A DNA stretch of 34,674 nt from Solirubrobacterales bacterium (lineage in GTDB: Bacteria > Actinomycetota > Thermoleophilia > Solirubrobacterales > 70-9), in assembly GCA_050697175.1 (NCBI GenBank), contig JBOGZB010000207.1, forward strand, positions 1 through 34,674. The letters run 5' to 3'. Numbering within the stretch: the first letter of the stretch is position 1; every line of letters starts with the position of its first letter. Below, in pieces: positions 17,571-24,931 of the stretch. Position numbers and translations under genes: made by a program. The notes under the pieces are model-generated. The model made no database searches. It had not been told where the DNA came from and worked only from the letters and a program-made list of their open reading frames with translations.

Positions 17571-18917
17571 TCAGCGGCTGTGGTGCGTCGGCAGCCTCTC
17601 GTAGGCGCCGATGTCAGGGTGGTCATCGCGCTCTCTCCCGCGCTGGTCGCGCTTCGGAGCGGGCTTGGTCGCATGGTCGACTGCCGGGCTGTCCTTGCTC
17701 AGGGCGATCGTCTCGGTCGGGCCGCCGTTGTCGGCCAACGGGCCGAGGTCGGGGTGGTGGGTGACGCGGTTCTGCGGCGAGCCGGTGCAGCCCGTGTCGC
17801 GACCGACGACGCTCGACTGAGCACCCGCGAGGAAGCAGTCATCCATCGTGTTGGTCGTGTTTCGGTCGTGATTCAGCGCCACGATCGAGTTCGTCGCGTT
17901 GACCCCGCCGCCGCCCAGCCCGCCCCCGTTTCCGCCCGCCCCGCCTCCGAAGTCGGCGATGTTGCGGGCCACGGTCGCGTAGCTCAGGGCGATCGATCCC
18001 GCGTACACGTAGACGCCCCCGCCGCTGCCGTAGGCGCGGTTCTGGGCGATCGTCACGTTGGTCGCCGTCAGCTTCGAGCTCACGAAGTCCGAGACGGTGA
18101 TCCCGCCTCCGCCCGCGTTGGTGCCCGCGCCCAGCTCGGTGTTGGCGCTGATCGTCGAGTCGCTGATCGCGGCCGTGTTGTGCCCGGAGTTCGCGCCGAG
18201 GTAGAAGCCGCCGCCGACGTAGCCCGAAGTGTTGGCGGCGATCGTGCTCTTCTCGACCACGAGCGTCCCGCCGAGCCACGCGACGCCGCCGCCGATGTTG
18301 TCGGCCCGGTTGTCGATCACCTCAACCCGGTGAAGCTTCGCTGTCCCGTAGACGCTGATCCCACCCCCACAGGTGCATTGGGCGTTTCCCAGCGTCTCGT
18401 TCTTGGTCACCTGGCTTCGCGACAGGATCAGGGTTCCGTCGTTGAGGATCCCGCCGCCGGCGGTGTCGTTGGCGGGCTGGTTGATCGCCACGTCGCCGTT
18501 CGTGATCGTCAGCTTCGACGCGGTCAGTTTGGCGCCCGGGAGGATCTGGATCACGCGATTGAGGCCGCCGGCATCGACCGTGGCGCGGCCCTCGCCCTTG
18601 ACGTCGATCGCCACCTGGCTCGTGATGTCGTAGTCCCCCACGGCGTTGGCGTCGTCGGCGCCCGCCCGGAAGCGGATGTAGCGCTTGCCCGCGAACAGGT
18701 CGATCGTGTCAGCGCCCTGGCCGCTGGCGCAGCCGCCGTATGCCGCGTCGGTGTTGGCCGACTGGATCGCCTCACGCAGCGAGCAGGCGTTGCCGGTCCC
18801 GAACTGGTCTTGGGTCGTGTCGACCTTGATCGTCGCCCCGAAGGCGGGGCCCGCCCAGATGGCCATGGACGCGACCACGCCCGCTGTCACAGCCCCCTTC
18901 TTGAAGGACGACCCCAC
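17571..18917 (-). CDS. Secreted CSLREA-domain / right-handed beta-helix (choice-of-anchor-Q-like) protein, paralog 1
   Basis: The track ORF to 19817 is over-extended across the divergent epimerase gene. GTG 18917 gives the signal peptide VGSSFKKGAVTAGVVASMAIWAGPAFGA. The CSLREAIQSAN motif is followed by Gly/Asn-rich beta-helix turns (GGGI, GGGV, GGGF). C-terminal block LGPLADNGGPTETIAL...DQRGRERDDHPDIGAYE. Confidence 0.75.
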   Translation of the reverse strand: MGSSFKKGAVTAGVVASMAIWAGPAFGATIKVDTTQDQFGTGNACSLREAIQSANTDAAYGGCASGQGADTIDLFAGKRYIRFRAGADDANAVGDYDITSQVAIDVKGEGRATVDAGGLNRVIQILPGAKLTASKLTITNGDVAINQPANDTAGGGILNDGTLILSRSQVTKNETLGNAQCTCGGGISVYGTAKLHRVEVIDNRADNIGGGVAWLGGTLVVEKSTIAANTSGYVGGGFYLGANSGHNTAAISDSTISANTELGAGTNAGGGGITVSDFVSSKLTATNVTIAQNRAYGSGGGVYVYAGSIALSYATVARNIADFGGGAGGNGGGLGGGGVNATNSIVALNHDRNTTNTMDDCFLAGAQSSVVGRDTGCTGSPQNRVTHHPDLGPLADNGGPTETIALSKDSPAVDHATKPAPKRDQRGRERDDHPDIGAYERLPTHHSR

Positions 18918-19004
18918 GCTTCCCACCTGGCCGGAGAGTGTACGCGGCCGCCCCCTGGCGATCGGTCCCCGGCTGCCGGGCCGTCGCCGCGCTAGCTTTG
19001 CGGG

Positions 19005-20003
19005 ATGGCCTCTGAGTCGCCCCAGCGGACGGGTCCGAAGCGGGTGTTCGTCACCGGCGCACTGGGCCTGATCGGGCGGCGGCTCGCGAGCCACTTTCGC
19101 GAGGCCAGCTCCGAGGTCGCCGGGGTGGACCTCCGCGCCGACGCCGAGCTGGGTGTCGTCGCCGGCGACCTGACCGCCCCCGGAGCGTGGACGGACGCTG
19201 TCGAGGGCGCGGAGCTCGTCGTCCACACGGCCGCCCGGCTCGGGATGGAGAGCGACGCAGACGGCTTCTGGAGAGTCAACGTGGTCGGGACGCGAAACGC
19301 GCTCGATGCCGCCGCGCGGGCCGGGGCGCGGCGCTTCGTCCAGATCTCGTCGATCGTCGCCTTCGGGTTCGACATCCCCCCGAACGTCGACGAGCGCCAC
19401 CCGGTGCGCCCGAACGGCGTCCCCTACGTGGACACGAAGGTCGCGAGCGAGCAGGTCGTTCTCCAGGCTCACGGCGCGGGCGAGCTCGCCTGCACGATCA
19501 TCCGGCCGGGCGACGTGTACGGCCCGGGGTCGCACTTCTGGACCCTGACGCCGGTGCGGGAAATGGCGATGGGCCGGCTGATCCTGCCGGCCGGGGGCCG
19601 CGGGACGATGAGCCCCGTATACGTCGACGACCTCGTGGAGGGGATCGCACGCGCGGCGACCCACGAGGACGCGGTCGGCGAGGTGTTCACGCTGAGCGGA
19701 GGCCACGACGTCGAGGCGAGCGAGTTCTTCGGCCACTACGCGCGGATGCTGGGCAGGGAGCGGGTGCCGACCGCGCCGACCCCCGTGGTCGCCGCGCTGG
19801 CCGCGGCGATCGGCCACGTCCGCCGCCTGCGAGGCGCCGCCCCCGAGATCACTCCAGCCGCGGTCCGCTACCTGTCGCGCTCCGGGAGCTACTCGATCGA
19901 GAAGGCCCGGCGCATGCTCGGGTACCGGCCCGAGACCGGGCTCGACGAAGGCATGGCCCGTTGCGAGGAGTGGCTTCGCGCCGAGGGAGCGATCCCCGGA
20001 TGA
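19005..20003 (+). CDS. NAD-dependent epimerase/dehydratase (3-beta-HSD-like SDR)
   Basis: RVFVTGALGLIGRRLASHF (GxxGxxG) and YVDTKVASE (YxxxK). Confidence 0.85.
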   Translation: MASESPQRTGPKRVFVTGALGLIGRRLASHFREASSEVAGVDLRADAELGVVAGDLTAPGAWTDAVEGAELVVHTAARLGMESDADGFWRVNVVGTRNALDAAARAGARRFVQISSIVAFGFDIPPNVDERHPVRPNGVPYVDTKVASEQVVLQAHGAGELACTIIRPGDVYGPGSHFWTLTPVREMAMGRLILPAGGRGTMSPVYVDDLVEGIARAATHEDAVGEVFTLSGGHDVEASEFFGHYARMLGRERVPTAPTPVVAALAAAIGHVRRLRGAAPEITPAAVRYLSRSGSYSIEKARRMLGYRPETGLDEGMARCEEWLRAEGAIPG

Positions 20004-20572
20004 GGGAGGCCTTCGGGCCGCCGCTGAAGGCGGCAGCGGTCAGCGTCTTCGTCGCGGGCGTCGTTCTGCTCCTCGTCAACCCGCCCTCCCTCTCGGGGCT
20101 GTGGGGTCTGGTGGCGCTGCTGGTCGGCGCCGCCGCGATCATCCTGCTGACCGCATGGGCGACGGTGGCCTTGATCGGTCGCGAGATGCCCGAGCCCGAG
20201 TTTCGCCGGCTGGTCGATCGAAGCGAGGCGCTGGCGATGATGCCACCCGCCGACCGACCCCCCAGCGAGTTCGACGAGCTGGTCGCCGAAGCGCTCGACG
20301 ACCTCCCACCGGACTTTCGCGAGCTGCTCCAGACGACGCCGGTGGTCGTCTCGAGCCGCGGGCACGAGCACCGCGCCTATGGCCTCTACATGGGCGGCAC
20401 CGTCGCGCGCGACACCTACCCCGACCGGATCGTCATCTACCAGGACACCCTGGAGCGCGACTTCGGCCACGATCCGGAGCTGCTTCGCGCGCAGGTCGAG
20501 CGAACCGTCCGCCACGAGCTCGCCCACCACCTCGGGTGGGACGAGCGCGGCGTTCGCAACCTGGGCCTCTGA
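20000..20572 (+). CDS. Zincin-like metallopeptidase family protein (DUF1025/Zincin_1-type) with N-terminal two-TM extension
   Basis: The ATG at 20000 overlaps the upstream TGA (ATGA). Two hydrophobic helices are followed by EFDELVAEALDDLPPDFRELL...DRIVIYQDTL...RHELAHHLGWDE (HExxH). Confidence 0.75.
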   Translation: MREAFGPPLKAAAVSVFVAGVVLLLVNPPSLSGLWGLVALLVGAAAIILLTAWATVALIGREMPEPEFRRLVDRSEALAMMPPADRPPSEFDELVAEALDDLPPDFRELLQTTPVVVSSRGHEHRAYGLYMGGTVARDTYPDRIVIYQDTLERDFGHDPELLRAQVERTVRHELAHHLGWDERGVRNLGL

Positions 20573-20599
20573 GCGGCGGGGCCGCTCGAGCGTCAGGAG

Positions 20600-20716
20600 G
20601 CATTGGCCCTCCTCGCCGCCATCGGTGAGCCGCTCCCACAAGTAGTCGACCTCGTCCTGGTCCTCGCAGGAGATCTGGAGCGAGATCGCCTCGTCGAACT
20701 GGAACTGGGGGCATGG
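20600..20716 (-). pseudogene. Remnant of a VOC/PhnB-like (3-demethylubiquinone-9 3-methyltransferase domain family) gene
   Basis: A minus frame reads PCPQFQFDEAISLQISCEDQDEVDYLWERLTDGGEEGQC. From memory this matches the family core (GGPxFxFxEAISFxVxCExQxEVDxxWxxLxxGGxxxQCGWLKD). No start codon and no N- or C-terminal family blocks. After QC the frame diverges and runs antisense into the peptidase gene. Confidence 0.5.
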
Positions 20717-20815
20717 CGAGTCCTCTCGGTCGGCGGAGCCTCTGCCGCATATGGATACCTGAACACCAGACCGGCGCGCGCAGCCGGATTCATCGCCGCG
20801 CCTCGACCAAACGGC

Positions 20816-22111
20816 TCAGGCTGCCGTGCGCTCCGGCTCGCGCGAGCGGGTGGGCGGCAGGATCGCGACCTCTCGAGCCAGGTCGTTGGCGCTCCGCCTC
20901 GGGACCAGGACGGCGAAGCCGAGCGCGCCCGCGAGGGCGATCAGGCACATCAGGAAGGAGAGGGTGAAGCCCGACGAGGCCGGGAGCCCGGAGGCGCCCA
21001 GGTTGCTCGCCAGCAGGGTCGCGGCGAGCTGGCCGCCGAACGCGCCACCGAGGGTTCGAGTCACCGCGTTCATCCCCGTTGCGACCCCGGTCTGCTCCTG
21101 GCGCACGTTCTGGACGATCAGGTTGGCCATGGCCGAGAACGAGAGGCCGATCCCGATCCCGAGCAGGCCCGCGGCCAGGTAGATCTCCCACTCCTGGCTT
21201 CGGCCGGTGACGAGCACGACGTAGCACGCGAGCGCGAACGCGGCGCCGCCGATCAATGACCCGCGCGAGCCGATCCGGCGCTCTAGCACCCCGGCCATCT
21301 GCCCGATCACGACGATCGCGATCGTGGTCGGGAGCAGGAAGAGGCCGGCCGTCGTCACCGAGGCGCCGAAGCCATAGCCGGTGCTCGTCGGCTCCTGGAC
21401 CAGCTCGGGCAAGAGGACGAACGACGAGTACATCCCGACGCCGATCAGGAACGCCACCGTGTTGGTGGTCCAGACTCCCCGGATCGCCATCATTCGCATG
21501 TCGACGAGCGGCTCGCGCGATCGGAGCTCCTCGCGTACCCAGGCCGCGATGACCGCCGTTCCGAAGGCGAGCAGGCCGAGCGTTTTCGCAGAGGTCCAGC
21601 CCCAGGCGCTGGTCTCGGTGATCGCCAACAGCACACCCGACATGCCGAGCGTCATCAGCCCTGCGGCCCGGTAGTTGATCTCGGCCGGAGTCTTGACCGG
21701 CGACTCCGGGATGTAGCGCCGGGTCAGCAGAGCGGTCGCGACGATGATCGCCAGCGGGCACCAGAAGAGCCAGTGATAGGAGAGATTCTGCGTCACGACG
21801 CCTGCGAGCACGACGCCCGCGCCGCCGCCGATGCCGAGGAGCGAGGAGACAAGCCCGATCGCGCCCGGGACCCGCTCGTTCGGGAACTCGTCACGGATGA
21901 TCGAGAAGGCCAGCGGGAAGATCCCGCCGCCGGCACCCTGGATCACGCGGCCGAGGATCATCAGCCAAAGCGACGAGGCGATCGCGGAGATCAGCGTCCC
22001 GAACGCGAGCGCGAGGAGGACGATCATCAACAGGCGCTCCTTGCCGTAGATGTCGCCGAGTCGGCCGATTATCGGCGTCGCCACCGAGGCGCTCAGCAGG
22101 TAGGCCGTCAA
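20816..22111 (-). CDS. MFS transporter, DHA2 family (5' end problematic, see findings)
   Basis: GRLGDIYGKERLL motif and many TM helices. The track start is TTG 22111. The same frame stays open and transporter-like (TM1) up to the stop at 22277-22279. Confidence 0.8.
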   Translation of the reverse strand: MTAYLLSASVATPIIGRLGDIYGKERLLMIVLLALAFGTLISAIASSLWLMILGRVIQGAGGGIFPLAFSIIRDEFPNERVPGAIGLVSSLLGIGGGAGVVLAGVVTQNLSYHWLFWCPLAIIVATALLTRRYIPESPVKTPAEINYRAAGLMTLGMSGVLLAITETSAWGWTSAKTLGLLAFGTAVIAAWVREELRSREPLVDMRMMAIRGVWTTNTVAFLIGVGMYSSFVLLPELVQEPTSTGYGFGASVTTAGLFLLPTTIAIVVIGQMAGVLERRIGSRGSLIGGAAFALACYVVLVTGRSQEWEIYLAAGLLGIGIGLSFSAMANLIVQNVRQEQTGVATGMNAVTRTLGGAFGGQLAATLLASNLGASGLPASSGFTLSFLMCLIALAGALGFAVLVPRRSANDLAREVAILPPTRSREPERTAA

Positions 22112-22328
22112 GACCCAGCCGACGGCGCTCTCCGACGTGTGGAGCGAGCTCTGGATCTGCGGCAGGGCGGGAACGACGAGGGACTGGAGGAGGGCGTAGG
22201 AGATCCCGCCGAGCGACAGGACGGCGAGGATGATCCGGGGGCTCGGATTGGCTGCTCGAGAGACGATCGGATGACCCTAGCAGATCGTTGGTGAACACCG
22301 AGCATTGGCCGATGGTAACGTTCTGTGC

Positions 22329-22832
22329 ATGGCAAAGGCATTGAGAGAGGGCGCGCCTCCCGGCATAGCCAGACAATGGCCGACCCTGCTGATGATCAAG
22401 CTGGGCAGGATCACGATGCACCGATTCACCGAGGCTCTGGAGCCGTTCGGCATTCGGCCTCGCCACGTGGCGGCCCTGATCGAGCTCCGCGACCGCGGCG
22501 AGCTCACTCAGCAGTCGCTCTGCGGACAGCTCCACCTCGACCCGACGAACCTGGTCGCGATCCTGAACGAGCTCGAGGACAGGGGATATGCGACCCGGCG
22601 CCGCGATCCCGAGGATCGCCGTCGCCATCTGGTCGAGGTGTCCCAGGAGGGGATCGCGGTGATCGAGGAGGTCTCGGCGGTCATGGACGGGGTGGAGGCC
22701 GAGCTCCTCGAGGGCCTCGAGTCCGGTGACCGCGAGCAGCTCGAAGGCCTTTTGACCTCGATCTGGGAGCGAAGCGGCGGGTATGAGGCCTGGTCCCGGG
22801 CAGAGGCCGCGGCGGACGACCAGGCCGCCTAA
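22329..22832 (+). CDS. MarR family transcriptional regulator
   Basis: Winged-HTH region LIELRDRGELTQQSLCGQLHLDPTNLVAILNELEDRGYATRRRDPEDRRRHLV. Divergent from the MFS gene. Start is ATG 22329 or TTG 22305. Confidence 0.88.
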   Translation: MAKALREGAPPGIARQWPTLLMIKLGRITMHRFTEALEPFGIRPRHVAALIELRDRGELTQQSLCGQLHLDPTNLVAILNELEDRGYATRRRDPEDRRRHLVEVSQEGIAVIEEVSAVMDGVEAELLEGLESGDREQLEGLLTSIWERSGGYEAWSRAEAAADDQAA

Positions 22833-22835
22833 CGC

Positions 22836-23207
22836 TCAGCCGGACGGCGGGTCGATGCGAAACACCGGGTGGTCGGGCGCGATCCTTCGAAGCTCCTCGT
22901 CAGCCGAATCCGGCCCGACCCCGCCGAAGAAGACGCCGACCTCCCACTTCCAGCGCTTCAGGTAGGCGCGAAGGATCGGGGGCTTCTCGTCATCCCCGAC
23001 CTCGGTGGCGATGAAGCCCTCGGAGCGCCTGCCGACCAGCAGCCGTCCCTCGTTTCGGGCCCGGAGGTTTCGCACCCACTGGGTGTGGCCCCGCGGAGCG
23101 ACCAGGTAGCGGGCGCCGTCGATGACCACGGGGTTGACGGGCGTTCGGCGGGGCTCGCCGCTGGTCCGTCCCCGGACCTCCAGCACCCGCGATCCGGCGA
23201 CGCTCAA
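22836..23207 (-). CDS. Deazaflavin (F420)-dependent nitroreductase-family (DDN-like) split-barrel protein
   Basis: GRTSGEPRRTPVNPVVIDGARYLVAPRGHTQWVRNLRA resembles the family core (GRxSGxxRxxPV...W.RNL). TTG start at 23207. Confidence 0.7.
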   Translation of the reverse strand: MSVAGSRVLEVRGRTSGEPRRTPVNPVVIDGARYLVAPRGHTQWVRNLRARNEGRLLVGRRSEGFIATEVGDDEKPPILRAYLKRWKWEVGVFFGGVGPDSADEELRRIAPDHPVFRIDPPSG

Positions 23208-23347
23208 ACCTGCCCGGGTCAGCGCTGCGACGGCGGGATTGAAGACGTGCGACTGGAACCAGCCGGGCCGTTGGAAGCGATCGGCGATGCCGCGATTCTG
23301 ACACCGCCGCCGCGCGGGCAGGTGTCGTTTGAGGCGTTACCTGACGC

Positions 23348-24847
23348 TCACCCCCTCATCCCGGCCACGCGGCTCACTGCCGTGGGCCTAATAGCGGTGC
23401 TCCTTCGGCCGATCGCTCGAAGCTCGCTCTGGACGTACCGGTAGCCGGCCTCGGCTGCGCCGACGTCCCTGTCGCCGGTCGTCCCCGGGAATCGTTCCCG
23501 GATCGAGCTGGCGACCGATTCGAGCGTCACGCACCCGCTGAGCGCCGCGAACGCGCCGACCAGCGCGGCGTCCGGCAGGGGCATTCCGATCTGCTCTTGC
23601 GCGATCTCGCTCGCCGGAATGCTGATCCGCCGGTCGGGACGCAACCTGGCGACGCGCTCGCCGAGACCCAGCTCCTCGATGGTCCTGGGCGAGTTGACGA
23701 GCAGGTAGCCCCCGGGCTCGAGCGCCTCGCAGAGGTCGCGCAACTGGGGGATCTCCGGGTCTTGAACGATCAGGCCGTCGGGTGGCCCGATCGACTGCCG
23801 AGGCCGGATTGGCTGCCCTCCGATGCGGCAGAACGCCACCACGCGTGGACCCCCGGGCCCCGAGCGAAAGCTCGGGAACGCGAGCGCGTCGCGGCCCTCG
23901 ACCAGCGCTGCGACCGAGAGGAGCTCCGCCGCGGTCATCACGGCTTGGCTGTCACGGCCGTCGAACCGAACCTGGAAGGAGCGGTCCGGGTCGCTCTTCA
24001 CCGGATCCGGCTCCTGCTTGTCAGTGCGCCGCGCGATGGCGCGGGCCACGGTGCCGCCGAGCAGCAGCGCGACCCCCAATCCCACCAGGCCCACGATCCA
24101 GGCGGGGAACTCGGATCCGCCGTGACCACTGACCGTCGAGGGAGTTGCGGTGAGCCGGTGCGCCGGTGCGCCGGCGTGGTCCGGGGTCGAGGGCGAATTC
24201 GGGGCCTGCCGCGGCTTCGCCGACGGCCTGCCCGCTCGCTGTGGACTGGAGACGGACGTCCGATCGGATGTGGCCGCGAACCCCGCTAGCCGTGCGCTGG
24301 TGGCGGTCCCGATGATTCCGTCGATCGCCAGGCCCTCGCCGGCCTGGAAGCGCTCGACGGCGATCTGGGTCCGGGGGCCGAATCGACCGTCCAGCGGCCC
24401 CGGGTGCTCGCCCGCCCGGCGCAGTCGATGCTGGAGTCCACGCACTCGCGTCGAGCCGCCGGGCTTGGCGTAGCCGGCGCCGTCAGATACGACCACGGCC
24501 TGCTCGTTGAGGGCGCTCGATGTAGCCGGCCCCACTATCCCGTCGACCGCCAGGCCCTCGCCGGCCTGGAAGCGCTCGACGGCTTCTTGAGTCAGCGGTC
24601 CGTAGAGCCCGTCGATCGGCCCTGGGCGCTCGCCCGCCCGAATCAGTCCGTGCTGGACCGCGCGTACGCGCGCGGAGCCATGAGGGGTCGAGTACCCCGT
24701 GCCCGAGGCGATCAGGCGGGTATCGGCCTGGGTGCCCTGGGCGCCGCCCCTCGCCTGGGCGAGAGCCGGGGCGGCGAGCATCAGGACGATCCCGATGAGC
24801 GCCGCCAGCAATCCACGTATTCCGGTGAAGTCGTTTGTTCTTCGCAT
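23348..24847 (-). CDS. Type I membrane protein: signal peptide, 2 x peptidoglycan-binding (PG_binding_1-like) domains, TM helix, cytoplasmic pyruvate/2-oxoacid:ferredoxin oxidoreductase gamma-like domain
   Basis: Strong SD AAGGAG before the ATG at 24847. Signal LLAALIGIVLMLAAPALAQA. Two copies of the V..LQ..L...G..PG..DG.FGP.T..AVERFQAGEGLA.DGI.G.AT block. TM helix FPAWIVGLVGLGVALLLGGTV. C-terminal region VRFDGRDSQAVMTAAELLSVAALVEGRDALAFPSFRSGPGGPRVVAFCRIGGQPIRPR...GYLLVNSP...PLPDAALVGAFAALSG..TLESVASSIRERFPG. Confidence 0.85.
   Translation of the reverse strand: MRRTNDFTGIRGLLAALIGIVLMLAAPALAQARGGAQGTQADTRLIASGTGYSTPHGSARVRAVQHGLIRAGERPGPIDGLYGPLTQEAVERFQAGEGLAVDGIVGPATSSALNEQAVVVSDGAGYAKPGGSTRVRGLQHRLRRAGEHPGPLDGRFGPRTQIAVERFQAGEGLAIDGIIGTATSARLAGFAATSDRTSVSSPQRAGRPSAKPRQAPNSPSTPDHAGAPAHRLTATPSTVSGHGGSEFPAWIVGLVGLGVALLLGGTVARAIARRTDKQEPDPVKSDPDRSFQVRFDGRDSQAVMTAAELLSVAALVEGRDALAFPSFRSGPGGPRVVAFCRIGGQPIRPRQSIGPPDGLIVQDPEIPQLRDLCEALEPGGYLLVNSPRTIEELGLGERVARLRPDRRISIPASEIAQEQIGMPLPDAALVGAFAALSGCVTLESVASSIRERFPGTTGDRDVGAAEAGYRYVQSELRAIGRRSTAIRPTAVSRVAGMRG
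24318..24583. repeat. Internal direct repeat: 44 nt with one mismatch (36 nt perfect), offset 222 nt
   Basis: 24318..24361 versus 24540..24583. The perfect run cgccaggccctcgccggcctggaagcgctcgacggc occurs at 24326..24361 and 24548..24583. It encodes the VERFQAGEGLA motif of the two PG-binding domains. Confidence 0.9.
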
Positions 24848-24880
24848 CGTCGTTTCTCCTTTTTCTCGAGCGAACGTGCT

Positions 24881-24906
24881 GCCGAAGCGCCAACGCGGCG
24901 CTCGGC
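24881..24906 (-). terminator. Hairpin between the repeat-protein gene and the PG-binding fusion gene (terminator or attenuator candidate)
   Basis: GCCGA(A)GCGCC - 5 nt loop - GGCGCTCGGC: 10 bp with a 1-nt bulge. Lies in the 84-nt spacer. Confidence 0.3.
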
Positions 24907-24931
24907 GGACTACCTGGAGAGCCGGTGGGCT

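Noticed and set aside
22281-22328. Candidate MarR operator in the MFS/MarR divergent spacer (GGTG-AA-CACC, CATTGGCCGATG, AACGTT).
   Set aside because: Only 4-6 bp arms or imperfect symmetry, so it is not distinguishable from chance by eye.
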